The position numbers were made by a program, and so were the translations under genes. From an uncultured Gammaproteobacteria bacterium (GTDB lineage Bacteria > Patescibacteriota > Microgenomatia > Levybacterales > UBA12049): a stretch of DNA of 57,215 bases. The notes beneath the pieces were generated by a model. It had not been told where the DNA came from. It ran no database searches and saw only the letters and a list, made by a program, of their open reading frames with translations. Below are positions 1 to 9,365 of this stretch, in pieces. Each line of letters starts with the position of its first letter. Positions within the stretch are counted from its first letter, which is position 1. The stretch spans positions 85,907-143,121 of the forward strand of contig CAYZZF010000001.1 in the NCBI GenBank assembly GCA_964483115.1. The letters are read 5' to 3'.

Positions 1-32
1 AATAGTTAACGGGTTAACTCGTTAATAAATTT

Positions 33-1214
33 ATGACAATTGGAATAAATGGTTTTGAAGCAGTAGTTCCAAGATTTGGATACGATAGAAAGACTGGCTT
101 ACCAAATAGAGTTGGAAGTGGACAATATTGTTATGAACTTCTTACATCTTTAAATAAAATTGATAGAGAAAATAATTATATTATTTATCTACCTCAAGGG
201 GCTACTTATGATTTACCTAAAGAAAGAGAAAACTGGCATTATAAAATTGTAAAACCAAGAAAGCTTTGGACGCTTTTTGGATTGTCTTTAGAATTCTTAA
301 TGAGACGTTCAAAAGTTGATGTATTTTTTTCTCCCACACATTATCTTCCTCTTTTTGTTTCAGTTTCTTCTACTATATCTATTCTCGACCTTTCATACAT
401 TCATTTCCCAGAGCTTTTTAAGAAAAAAGATTTAATTCAGTTAAATTTTTGGACTAAGTACTCGGTAAAAAAAACCAGACGTATTTTCACTATAAGCCAG
501 GCTTCCAAAGATGATATAATCAAAACATATGGTGTTGCGCAGGATAAGGTTATAGTTACATATCCTGGGGTAAAATCCGAAATCATAAATTCCAAATCTC
601 AAATAAATTCAAAATTCAAAATGCAAAATTCAAAATTATTAAAGGATAAATACGGTATTCAAAGACAATATATACTTTTTGTAGGAACACTGCAGCCAAG
701 AAAAAATATAGTTCGGCTCATTCAAGCATTCGCCAAAATCTCAAACCTCAAATCTCAAACCTCAAACCTACAGCTTGTAATAGTTGGTAAAAAAGGATGG
801 ATGTGGAAAGAGATTTTGAAGGCGCCAAAAAAACTTGAAGTAGAAAAACGTGTAAGATTTTTGCATAATGTCTCAGATGAGGATTTACCGGTATTTTATA
901 AAAACGCCATCTGTTTTATTTTACCAAGTCTTTATGAAGGCTTTGGCTTGCCAATTCTTGAGGCTATGAAGTATGGGTGCCCTGTAATAACTAGTAATGT
1001 TTCAAGTCTTCCCGAGGCCGGAGGAGATGCGGCATTATATTTTAATCCTTTAGATGTTTCGGACATCAAAAATAAGATAGAACAAGTTTTGGAAGATAAA
1101 GAACTTAAAAGACAAATGATAGAAAAAGGATATGAGCAAGTTAAAAAATTTTCCTGGGAAAAAACAGCACGCAAAACCCTTGAGGTCTTGCAAGAATTAA
1201 GTATGAAGAAATAA
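33..1214 (+). CDS. Glycosyltransferase family 4 (GT-B, group 1)
   Basis: 393-aa ORF. C-terminal EGFGLPILEAMKYGCPVITSNVSSLPEAGGDAALYFNP is the canonical GT4 E-x7-E region. Contains two 7-bp-periodic arrays. Confidence 0.85.
   Translation: MTIGINGFEAVVPRFGYDRKTGLPNRVGSGQYCYELLTSLNKIDRENNYIIYLPQGATYDLPKERENWHYKIVKPRKLWTLFGLSLEFLMRRSKVDVFFSPTHYLPLFVSVSSTISILDLSYIHFPELFKKKDLIQLNFWTKYSVKKTRRIFTISQASKDDIIKTYGVAQDKVIVTYPGVKSEIINSKSQINSKFKMQNSKLLKDKYGIQRQYILFVGTLQPRKNIVRLIQAFAKISNLKSQTSNLQLVIVGKKGWMWKEILKAPKKLEVEKRVRFLHNVSDEDLPVFYKNAICFILPSLYEGFGLPILEAMKYGCPVITSNVSSLPEAGGDAALYFNPLDVSDIKNKIEQVLEDKELKRQMIEKGYEQVKKFSWEKTARKTLEVLQELSMKK
572..637 (+). repeat. 7-bp-periodic A-rich array (degenerate, ~9 units) in GT4 gene
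   Basis: aaaatcc gaaatca taaattc caaatct caaataa ... caaaatt caaaatg caaaatt caaaatt. Encodes SEIINSKSQINSKFKMQNSKL. Confidence 0.8.
736..770 (+). repeat. Heptamer array AAATCTC/AAACCTC x5 in GT4 gene
   Basis: aaatctc aaacctc aaatctc aaacctc aaaccta. Encodes ISNLKSQTSNLQ. Confidence 0.9.
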
Positions 1215-1223
1215 GTATTAAAT

Positions 1224-1775
1224 ATGGAAAAAGTTTCTAGAAGAATAAAAACTATTTGTCTAGAATTTTGGGTAATGATTTTGAATTATGTTATTGGCTA
1301 CACGCCTTCTCATTACTTAAGACGCTTTTTCTATCGGCTTTCGGGGGTGAAAATCGGCAAAGGATCAACGATTCATATGGAAGCGAGGTTTTATAATCCT
1401 TCCAACATTGCAATCGGGGAAGATACAATAGTTGGAGAAAAAGCTGTTTTAGATGGGCGAGACAGACTTGTTATTGGAAACCACGTAGATATTGCTTCAG
1501 AGGTTATGATTTATAATTCAGAGCATAATGTACAAAGTTCTGATTTTCATGCTATAACTGCGCCAGTTATTATTGAAGACTACGTTTTTATTGGGCCAAG
1601 AGCTATAGTCCTACCGGGTATTAAGATTAAAAAAGGCGCTGTTGTTGGAGCAGGTGCTGTTGTGACAAAGGATGTTGCGGAACTTACAATTGTTGGTGGT
1701 ATTCCCGCAAGACCCATCGGAGAAAGAAAAAATAACCTAAACTATAAACTGGGTAGAGCGGCATGGTTTCGTTAA
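1224..1775 (+). CDS. Hexapeptide-repeat (left-handed beta-helix) O-acetyltransferase, WcaF/CysE-like
   Basis: 183-aa ORF with imperfect hexapeptide repeats (IGEDTIVGEKAVL, IGPRAIVLPGIKIKKGAVVGAGAVV) and a C-terminal VGGIPARPIG motif. Confidence 0.75.
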   Translation: MEKVSRRIKTICLEFWVMILNYVIGYTPSHYLRRFFYRLSGVKIGKGSTIHMEARFYNPSNIAIGEDTIVGEKAVLDGRDRLVIGNHVDIASEVMIYNSEHNVQSSDFHAITAPVIIEDYVFIGPRAIVLPGIKIKKGAVVGAGAVVTKDVAELTIVGGIPARPIGERKNNLNYKLGRAAWFR

Positions 1776-1792
1776 AATAGTAAAATTTTTTG

Positions 1793-2668
1793 ATGGTAAA
1801 ATTATCTATTATCGTCCTCACATATAATACAAAAGATTTAATCCTTGGTTGTATTCAGTCAATGATAAAACAATACAGAAAAAGGTTTGAAAATCAAGAA
1901 CTAGAACTGATAGTTGCTGATAATGCATCAACAGACGGGACAGTAAAAACAATCTCAAATCTCAAATCTGAAATCTTAAATCTCAAATTAATCCAAAATA
2001 AAAAGAATTACGGTTTTGGTAAAGGAAACAATATTGCCGCGAAAAATGCAGAGGGAGAGTATTTGCTTTTTTTAAACTCCGATACGCAAGTCAAAGATAG
2101 AGGATTTTTAAAAATGATTGAATTTTTGGATAAAAACCCTGACATTGGTATTTTAGGAGGAAGGCTTACCAATCCAGACGGATTACCTCAAGCGTCGGCA
2201 GGCTCTTTTTACACTCTCCCAAATCTTTTTTTAATGCTTATTGGGGCAGAAAGAATAGGACTTACTCGGTCAAGTCCTTTAAAAATATCAAGAGTTGATT
2301 GGATAAGTGGAGCTTGTATGATGGTACGAGCCAAGCTTTTTGAAGAATTGAAAGGTTTTGATGAAAACCTCTTTATGTATATGGAGGATGTAGAATTATG
2401 TTTTAGGGCAAAAAAGAAAGGAGCTCTGACATATTTTTATCCTAACATTAATGTAGTTCATAAGAAGCTTGGTAGCAGTAACAGAAACTTTGCTATTATT
2501 AATATTTATAGAGGGATTTTATATTTTTATAAAAAACATAAGAATTATTGGGAATACATTTTGGCAAAGATTTTATTAACTTTTAAAGCGATAATTGCGA
2601 TTTTAATTGGAATTTTAATTGGCAATAATTATCTTAAGAATACATATAGAAAAGCTATAAGATTTTAG
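1793..2668 (+). CDS. Glycosyltransferase family 2
   Basis: LSIIVLTYNT...ADNASTDGT...FLNSDT...MEDVELC motifs typical of GT2. The ATG at 1793 is preferred over the TTG at 1790. Carries one 7-bp array. Confidence 0.8.
   Translation: MVKLSIIVLTYNTKDLILGCIQSMIKQYRKRFENQELELIVADNASTDGTVKTISNLKSEILNLKLIQNKKNYGFGKGNNIAAKNAEGEYLLFLNSDTQVKDRGFLKMIEFLDKNPDIGILGGRLTNPDGLPQASAGSFYTLPNLFLMLIGAERIGLTRSSPLKISRVDWISGACMMVRAKLFEELKGFDENLFMYMEDVELCFRAKKKGALTYFYPNINVVHKKLGSSNRNFAIINIYRGILYFYKKHKNYWEYILAKILLTFKAIIAILIGILIGNNYLKNTYRKAIRF
1950..1991 (+). repeat. Heptamer array AAATCTN x6 in GT2 gene
   Basis: caatctc aaatctc aaatctg aaatctt aaatctc aaattaa. Encodes ISNLKSEILNLKL. Confidence 0.9.
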
Positions 2669-2669
2669 T

Positions 2670-5600
2670 ATGAGAATACTGCATTTTATTCAAAATAACA
2701 TTTTGTTTTTTGTTACGCTCTTTTTATTGGTGTTTATCCCTCTTTATCCAAAAATCCCTCTTGTAAACGTGCAAAATACGTGGGTATATATCCGACTGGA
2801 TGATATTGTAGTTTTATTATCTATAATTCTTTGGGTTATTTTGTTCTTACTTAAAAAGATTACATTAAAAACTCCTCTGACTTTACCGATAATGGTATTT
2901 TGGATTATTGGCGCAGTAGCAACTCTTCATGGGGTGCTTTTACTTTTTCCAACTCTGCCTAATGTTTTTCCTAACGTAGCATTCTTAAGTATGTTGCGAA
3001 GAATTGAGTATATGTCTTTATTCTTTATTGCTTTCTGCGGCGTAAAAGATAAAAAGTTTATGCCATATGCTGCTATTGTATTGGCAATCGTGCTTTTTCT
3101 AGTCGCAGGGTATGGTTTTGGACAAAAATTTCTTAGATTCCCGGCTTATCTAACGACGAATGAAGAATTTGCAAAGGGAACACCCATACAACTTTCTGCC
3201 TTATCGCGGGTTCCCTCTACATTTGCAGGACCATATGATCTGGCTGCATATTTGGTTCTTATTATTCCTATCCTTGTAAGTACGGCTTTCGGATTTAAAA
3301 ATTGGTTAACAAAGATTTTTTTACTGACTTCAGCTTCTTTGGGTTTTGCTCTTTTATTTATGACCGTATCCCGCATTTCATTTTTGGTACTTTTGCTTTC
3401 ACTTATAATGCTACTTATCTTTCAGAGAAAGAAATTAATTATCGTCTCCCTTTTTATAATAACGTTTCTTTTTTTAGTTCTTTCTCCAATGCTTCTTTCG
3501 CGTTTTGCTAGTACACTTTCGGAAGTAGATGTATTAGTAGATACAAAGACAGGATATTCAATAGGGCAGGTTAAAGAAGTACCATCCTCGTATTTTATAG
3601 GCAAGACAGTTTTAAAGCAATCTTATTCAGGCGAGGATACTAAATCAGCTACTCCTGCAGCGATATTTCCCTTTTCAGCAATACCCGAAAAAGCAGCACT
3701 TATTCTTGAACCAAACAGGCCAAATGGAGAAAGTCTACCACAGGGAACCTCCTATATAAATCTCTCCCTCTCTCCTGTTGTTAAGAAAGAGGGAGTATAT
3801 TTTTATCAAAAGTCAAATATAGAGTCGCAAACAAAATCGAAAGACGTCTATGTTGTTTCTGGCGACTTTGTTATAAAAAAAGCTAAGGCATACGATTTAT
3901 CTTTTACAACAAGATTTCAAGGAGAATGGCCGAAAACCCTTCTTGCGTTTGAGCGAAATATCTTTTTAGGAAGCGGTTATGGTTCTGTGAGTCTTGCTGT
4001 TGACAATGATTATCTAAGAGTTTTGGGAGAGTCGGGACTTTTTGGACTTATCTCTTTTATATCAATTTTTTTAATCGCAGGTATATATATTAAAAAATTA
4101 TTGCCGCAAGTGACATCACAGCCTACTCGGAGTTTTATTTTTGGTTTTATTGCAGGTACCTTTGGATTGGCCTTAAATGCGGTATTTATTGATGTTTTTG
4201 AAGCATCAAAGATTGCTTTTGTATATTGGCTCTTGATGGGAATAGTTATTGGAACTTTGTACCTATATAAAAACAGAGAAATAAATATTTATGAAGAGTT
4301 TAAGAAAGTGGTAACTTCCTCCTATGCAATTATTATTTATCTTCTTGTTACTACTTTCGCATTATTTTTTGCGACTTTTAACAATTATTTTGTAGGCGAT
4401 GATTTTACCTGGTTGCGTTGGGCTTCAGATTGCAGTCGTTGCCTTTCCATACAAACAATTACTGGTTATTTTACACAGGCAGGAGGGTTTTTCTATAGAC
4501 CGGGAGAAAAATTATATTTTGAATTAATGTATAAAATATTCTGGTTTAATCAATCAGTATATCATTCTGTTTCAGTTTTTCTTCATTTTCTCATAGCAGC
4601 TTTAGTATTTATAATTTCTAAGAAAGTTTTTAAAAACCATCTTCTTTCTACAGCTTGTTCATTTTTGTTTCTTATTTTAAGCGGATATCACGAAGCTGTA
4701 TTTTGGGTTTCCTCAACCGGTTTTCTTTTTACTTCATTTTTTGCATTTTTGAGCTTATTCTTCTTTATTCATTGGAGAGAAAACAAAAAAGAAATTTATT
4801 TTATTATTTCTTTTGTTTTTATTATCTTTAGTTTGTTATTTCATGAGCTAGGAATTATTGTTCCTTTACTTATCATTCTTTATGACGTCGTTATTACTGA
4901 AAAGTCTGTAAGAAATATCCTATCACAATGGATTCGTTATATAGTTATATTATTTCCTATATTGCCATATCTTTTACTTCGTTATATAGCCAATAGCCAC
5001 TGGCTAAGCGGAGATTATAGCTATAATTTTACTAGACTGCCGTATAACTTTATCGGTAATACAATTGGGTATCTTGCGCTTATAATTTTTGGTCCATCTT
5101 CGCTGGCTTTTTATGAAAAAATAAGGGTTTTCTTGCGAGGAAATTTACTGCTTGCATTTTTTGGGTCAATAGTAGTGTTCTTTATTTTTGTTGGAATATA
5201 CAAAATGTTTATCAGGAAAATGGAATCAGGCGATAAAAGGATTATAATTTTTGGATTTTTGTTCTTTATTATATCTCTGTTGCCATTTTTAGGGTTAGGA
5301 AATATTGCCTCCCGTTATAGTTATTTATCTTCTTTTGGAGTTGTGCTTATTCTTGTAGTCTTTTTAAAAAAAACTTACTCTTTCTTGCTTGATAGTGGTA
5401 AGTATATTGCTATAGCAGGTGTTACCTTAATACTCATAGTTTTTTCTTCTACTCACCTTTTCCAAGTACAAAAAATACAGACAGATTGGCTTAATGCCGG
5501 TCAGAAGGCAAAGAATTTTCTTGCTTCTTTAAATTATGTTTATGCGCATTATTCAGAAGATGATATTTCACGATTATTCTTTGTAAATACTCCAATTCGA

Positions 5601-5816
5601 ATCGGCGAGGCGTGGATATTTCCCACAGGACTTTCTGATGCAACATGGTTAATGTTTCATAATAAGAATGTCAAAGTTTATCAGGTTAAATCTGCAGAAC
5701 AAGCATTTAGTATGAAAGGTGATTTGTCTGGGAGAGTGTTTGAGTTTGATAATAATGGTAATCTTATAGAAATGATAAAAACATTAAGCGGCGAGATTAT
5801 TCCGGTAAAGAGGTAG
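2670..5816 (+). CDS. Large polytopic membrane protein: O-antigen ligase/polymerase-like N-terminal half fused to a GT-C (PMT/ArnT-like) C-terminal half
   Basis: 1048-aa ORF with many hydrophobic helices. LGSGYGSVSLAVDNDYLRVLGESGLFGL resembles the Wzy_C/O-antigen-ligase signature. The second half starts with FVGDDFTWLRW, an acidic first-loop motif of GT-C enzymes. Confidence 0.55.
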   Translation: MRILHFIQNNILFFVTLFLLVFIPLYPKIPLVNVQNTWVYIRLDDIVVLLSIILWVILFLLKKITLKTPLTLPIMVFWIIGAVATLHGVLLLFPTLPNVFPNVAFLSMLRRIEYMSLFFIAFCGVKDKKFMPYAAIVLAIVLFLVAGYGFGQKFLRFPAYLTTNEEFAKGTPIQLSALSRVPSTFAGPYDLAAYLVLIIPILVSTAFGFKNWLTKIFLLTSASLGFALLFMTVSRISFLVLLLSLIMLLIFQRKKLIIVSLFIITFLFLVLSPMLLSRFASTLSEVDVLVDTKTGYSIGQVKEVPSSYFIGKTVLKQSYSGEDTKSATPAAIFPFSAIPEKAALILEPNRPNGESLPQGTSYINLSLSPVVKKEGVYFYQKSNIESQTKSKDVYVVSGDFVIKKAKAYDLSFTTRFQGEWPKTLLAFERNIFLGSGYGSVSLAVDNDYLRVLGESGLFGLISFISIFLIAGIYIKKLLPQVTSQPTRSFIFGFIAGTFGLALNAVFIDVFEASKIAFVYWLLMGIVIGTLYLYKNREINIYEEFKKVVTSSYAIIIYLLVTTFALFFATFNNYFVGDDFTWLRWASDCSRCLSIQTITGYFTQAGGFFYRPGEKLYFELMYKIFWFNQSVYHSVSVFLHFLIAALVFIISKKVFKNHLLSTACSFLFLILSGYHEAVFWVSSTGFLFTSFFAFLSLFFFIHWRENKKEIYFIISFVFIIFSLLFHELGIIVPLLIILYDVVITEKSVRNILSQWIRYIVILFPILPYLLLRYIANSHWLSGDYSYNFTRLPYNFIGNTIGYLALIIFGPSSLAFYEKIRVFLRGNLLLAFFGSIVVFFIFVGIYKMFIRKMESGDKRIIIFGFLFFIISLLPFLGLGNIASRYSYLSSFGVVLILVVFLKKTYSFLLDSGKYIAIAGVTLILIVFSSTHLFQVQKIQTDWLNAGQKAKNFLASLNYVYAHYSEDDISRLFFVNTPIRIGEAWIFPTGLSDATWLMFHNKNVKVYQVKSAEQAFSMKGDLSGRVFEFDNNGNLIEMIKTLSGEIIPVKR

Positions 5817-5822
5817 GTTTAG

Positions 5823-7268
5823 ATGAAGAGAATAGAGATTCTTTTAGTGATATTGATTTTACTTGGGGCGTTTTTAGTAAGGCTTTATAAATTCAATAAT
5901 CCTGTTGCAGACTGGCAGTCTTGGCGCCAGGCAGATACGTCTGCAGTATCTCGTAATTTTATTAAAAAGGGATTTGATATTCTGCATCCAAGATTCGATG
6001 ATTTATCAAATGTTCCTTCAAATTTTTTCGACAACCCTAATGGCTACCGTTTCGTAGAATTTCCAATTTATAACATTGCTCAGGCTGGAGTTTTTAAAAT
6101 TTTTGACCGTTTTACAATTGAAGAGTGGGGGAGGCTCATTTCGATTCTTTCATCCCTTGCCGCATCCCTTTTTATTTTCTTAATAGTTAAAAAACATCAA
6201 AGTAAACTTGCAGGATTTCTGGCTCTTTTCTTTTTTGCCTTTCTTCCCTACAACATTTATTACAGCAGAACTATTTTACCCGATGTAATGATGCTCGCGA
6301 CGTTACTTGGAGGAATATTTTTCTTTGATCTATGGCTTGAAAGAAAAAGATTTACGATCTACGATCTACGATTTACGATTACACTTATTTTTACTGCTTC
6401 ATCTTTACTTCTTAAACCTTTTGCTTTATTTTTTACTCTACCTTTAGTTTATCTTGCTTTCAATAAATTCGGGTTTAGCTTTTTAAAAAAGTGGCAATTA
6501 TGGCTTTTTCTTTTTATCGCCATAGCGCCACTTGCATTTTGGAGAATATGGATGCTTCAGTATCCCGCGGGAATACCCAGAAGCGATTGGCTTTTTAATA
6601 TGAATGATATTAGATTTAAAGGGGCGTTTTTTTCGTGGTTATTTGACAAAAGAATAGCCAATTTAATTTTAGGTGCATGGGGATTGCCTCTTTTTATTCT
6701 GGGGTTATTGTCTAAAACCAACAAAAAAAGCTATGTTTTCTTTCTAACATTTCTAATATCTTCTCTTTTATATATTTTCGTTGTCGCAGGCGGCAATGTA
6801 CAGCATGACTACTACCAAATTCCTATAGTACCAAGTCTAATTATATTCGTTTCTTTAGGTGGTGAATATCTTCTTACGCTAAATACATCGCTTTTAAGAC
6901 GTAGTCTAGGTCTTTTATTATTTGTTATTCTTGCACTATTTATGTTTGCCTTTTCCTGGCAAGATATTCGTGCTTATTATAATATAAATAACCCAGCTAT
7001 TGTTCGTGCTGGACGAGCAGTTGATAGACTAATTCCAGAAAATGCAAAAGTAATAGCCCCCTATGAGGGGGACACATCATTTCTATATCAAATAAAAAGA
7101 CAAGGATGGGCTAGTTTTGAAAAACCGCTGCCTCAAATGATTAAAATGGGAGCAGACTATCTTGTCTTGGTTAATCCCCAAAAAAAAGATTATGATATAG
7201 GAAAGACCTATAAAATAGTTTCGGCAACCCCGGATTATATATTGTTTAATCTTCACCAAAAGCCATGA
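5823..7268 (+). CDS. GT-C type membrane glycosyltransferase (ArnT/PMT-like, family 39/83-like)
   Basis: 481-aa polytopic ORF. The N-terminal loop ADWQSWRQADTSAVSRNF and overall topology are typical of GT-C enzymes that use lipid-linked sugar donors. Confidence 0.55.
   Translation: MKRIEILLVILILLGAFLVRLYKFNNPVADWQSWRQADTSAVSRNFIKKGFDILHPRFDDLSNVPSNFFDNPNGYRFVEFPIYNIAQAGVFKIFDRFTIEEWGRLISILSSLAASLFIFLIVKKHQSKLAGFLALFFFAFLPYNIYYSRTILPDVMMLATLLGGIFFFDLWLERKRFTIYDLRFTITLIFTASSLLLKPFALFFTLPLVYLAFNKFGFSFLKKWQLWLFLFIAIAPLAFWRIWMLQYPAGIPRSDWLFNMNDIRFKGAFFSWLFDKRIANLILGAWGLPLFILGLLSKTNKKSYVFFLTFLISSLLYIFVVAGGNVQHDYYQIPIVPSLIIFVSLGGEYLLTLNTSLLRRSLGLLLFVILALFMFAFSWQDIRAYYNINNPAIVRAGRAVDRLIPENAKVIAPYEGDTSFLYQIKRQGWASFEKPLPQMIKMGADYLVLVNPQKKDYDIGKTYKIVSATPDYILFNLHQKP
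6351..6380 (+). repeat. Heptamer array TNTACGA x4 in GT-C gene
   Basis: tttacga tctacga tctacga tttacga. Encodes RFTIYDLRFTI. The unit composition differs from the A-rich arrays, but the 7-bp period is the same. Confidence 0.85.
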
Positions 7269-8467
7269 AGATACTAATGGTTTCATCATATTTGCCCTAC
7301 CCATTATTTTCAGGAGGCCATATTCGCCTGTACAATTTATTGAAAAATCTTTCTGAAAATTACGATATAGTGTTGGTTTGTGAGAAAAGACCTTATCAAA
7401 CAGAGAAGGATGTAAAAGAAGTTGAAAAACTTTGCAGGACGTTGATAACTTTTGATAGAAAAAGAGCCTGGTCGTTAAAAAATGTATTAAAAACAGGTTT
7501 TTCGACCAATCCATTTTTATTAACGACTCATAGAAATTTAAAAATGAAAAGAGAAATTGAAGATCTTCTGAAAAAAGAAAAATTTGATTTAGTTCATGTT
7601 GAAACATTCTACGTGATGCAAAACCTGCCTAAAGTTTCAATTCCCGTAGTTTTAACAGAACACAATATAGAATATCAAATTTACAAAAGATATAAAGATA
7701 GTGTTGCATTTTTTCTTCGCCCATTGCTAAATATAGATATTTTAAAGCTTGAAAATCAGGAAGAAAAATTTTGGAAAAGAGCAAATTGCGTCGTTACAGT
7801 TTCAAAAGAAGATAAAGAAATAATAGAGATGTTTAATAGGAGAGTTTATATGGTGCCAAATGGAGTCGACCTGGAAAAATTCAAAATTCAAAATTCAAAA
7901 TTCAAAATTGATAAAAAAGAAAAGACTGTACTCTTTATTGGCGATTTTAAATGGGTACAAAATAGAGATTCACTGGAGTGGATATTAAAAAAAATATGGC
8001 CATTGTTCAAATCAAAAGTCAAAAGTCAAAAGTCAAAAGTCAAATTGTGGGTGGTTGGAAAAAATATTCCTGATAAGTTTAAAAATCCTAAAAATACAAT
8101 GTTGGACCTCGTTGTTGATGGGAATGCGCCGGATGACACCACTCAGATTTTTCAAAAAGCAGATCTTCTTCTTTCTCCCATCAGAGTGGGAGGCGGAACA
8201 AGCTATAAAATACTTGAAGCAATGGCATCTGGAGTTCCTATCATTACAACTAAATTAGGAGCAGATCCTCTTGGTGCAGTAGATGGTAAAGAAATTATTA
8301 TTTCTGAAGATGAGGAAGAGATTGCAGACAAAATTATAAGTTTGTTAAACGATAGAGGTCTTTATGAAAAAATCGCAAAGAATGCGCGGAAATTAGTCGA
8401 GAAGAAATATGATTGGAAAAAAATTACGAAAAAACTAGAAGATGTTTACCTTTCAGTTGTTCATTGA
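7265..8467 (+). CDS. Glycosyltransferase family 4
   Basis: 400-aa ORF with VGGGTSYKILEAMASGVPIITT and NGVD motifs. Overlaps the upstream stop by 4 nt. Carries two perfect 4-unit heptamer arrays. Confidence 0.85.
   Translation: MKILMVSSYLPYPLFSGGHIRLYNLLKNLSENYDIVLVCEKRPYQTEKDVKEVEKLCRTLITFDRKRAWSLKNVLKTGFSTNPFLLTTHRNLKMKREIEDLLKKEKFDLVHVETFYVMQNLPKVSIPVVLTEHNIEYQIYKRYKDSVAFFLRPLLNIDILKLENQEEKFWKRANCVVTVSKEDKEIIEMFNRRVYMVPNGVDLEKFKIQNSKFKIDKKEKTVLFIGDFKWVQNRDSLEWILKKIWPLFKSKVKSQKSKVKLWVVGKNIPDKFKNPKNTMLDLVVDGNAPDDTTQIFQKADLLLSPIRVGGGTSYKILEAMASGVPIITTKLGADPLGAVDGKEIIISEDEEEIADKIISLLNDRGLYEKIAKNARKLVEKKYDWKKITKKLEDVYLSVVH
7875..7909 (+). repeat. Heptamer array CAAAATT x4 perfect (+1 variant) in GT4 gene
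   Basis: aaaaatt caaaatt caaaatt caaaatt caaaatt. Encodes KFKIQNSKFKI. Confidence 0.95.
8005..8046 (+). repeat. Heptamer array TCAAAAG x4 perfect (+2 variants) in GT4 gene
   Basis: gttcaaa tcaaaag x4 tcaaatt. Encodes FKSKVKSQKSKVKL. Confidence 0.95.
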
Positions 8468-8468
8468 T

Positions 8469-9365
8469 ATGATTGACCTTTCAATAATTATTGTTTCATT
8501 CAACACGAAAGAATTTGTTAAAAAATGCATAGACGCAATTTACAAATCGGATTTTTGCAAAAGATACGAAATTATTCTTGTTGATAACGCCTCATCTGAT
8601 GGTACTGCCCAGTATATCCGAAAAAGATTTCCCGGAGTTATTCTAGTTGAAAGTGATGAAAATTTGGGTTTTTCAAAAGCGAACAATATCGGGGTTAAAA
8701 GATCCGTTGGCAGGTTTCTCCTGTTTTTAAATCCCGACACAGAAGTAAATAAAAATACATTATCCTACATGATTTCGTTTATGGAAAACCGTAAAGATGT
8801 TGGTGCTTCGACTTGTTTCGTAAAACTTTCCTCAGGTAGACTTGATGATGGGGCCCATCGTGGATTTCCAACTCCCTGGAGTTCTTTTTGTTATTTTTCA
8901 GGATTAAGTCGTATTTTCCCAAAAAGTAAATTGTTCTCTGGATACACGATGGGATGGCTTGATTTAACAAAAGAACATGAAGTGGATTCGGTTGTGGGAG
9001 CTTTTATGATGGCAAGAAGAAAGGCGGGGGATGAGATAAATTGGTGGGATGAAGATTATTTTTTTTACGGAGAAGACATAGATTTTTGTTTTCGACTTAA
9101 AGAAAAAGGCTGGAAAGTATATTTCGTACCAAAAGTTTCAGCACTTCATCATAAAGGAATTTCTGGCGGCATTAAGAAACATTCAAATAAAATATCAACA
9201 GCAAGTTTGCAGACAAAAATGATGGCAACAAATGCTCGTTTTAATGCTATGAGAATTTTTTATAAAAAACATTATCAAGATAAATATCCGAAAATTCTTA
9301 GTAGCTTTATATTAGCTGTAATAGAGATTAAAAGAAAAATGGCTCTTTCGTCTATTCAAAAATGA
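8469..9365 (+). CDS. Glycosyltransferase family 2
   Basis: MIDLSIIIVSFNT...VDNASSDGT...FLNPDT...GEDIDFCFR motifs. The ATG at 8469 is chosen because the 8442 start would overlap the upstream gene. Confidence 0.8.
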   Translation: MIDLSIIIVSFNTKEFVKKCIDAIYKSDFCKRYEIILVDNASSDGTAQYIRKRFPGVILVESDENLGFSKANNIGVKRSVGRFLLFLNPDTEVNKNTLSYMISFMENRKDVGASTCFVKLSSGRLDDGAHRGFPTPWSSFCYFSGLSRIFPKSKLFSGYTMGWLDLTKEHEVDSVVGAFMMARRKAGDEINWWDEDYFFYGEDIDFCFRLKEKGWKVYFVPKVSALHHKGISGGIKKHSNKISTASLQTKMMATNARFNAMRIFYKKHYQDKYPKILSSFILAVIEIKRKMALSSIQK

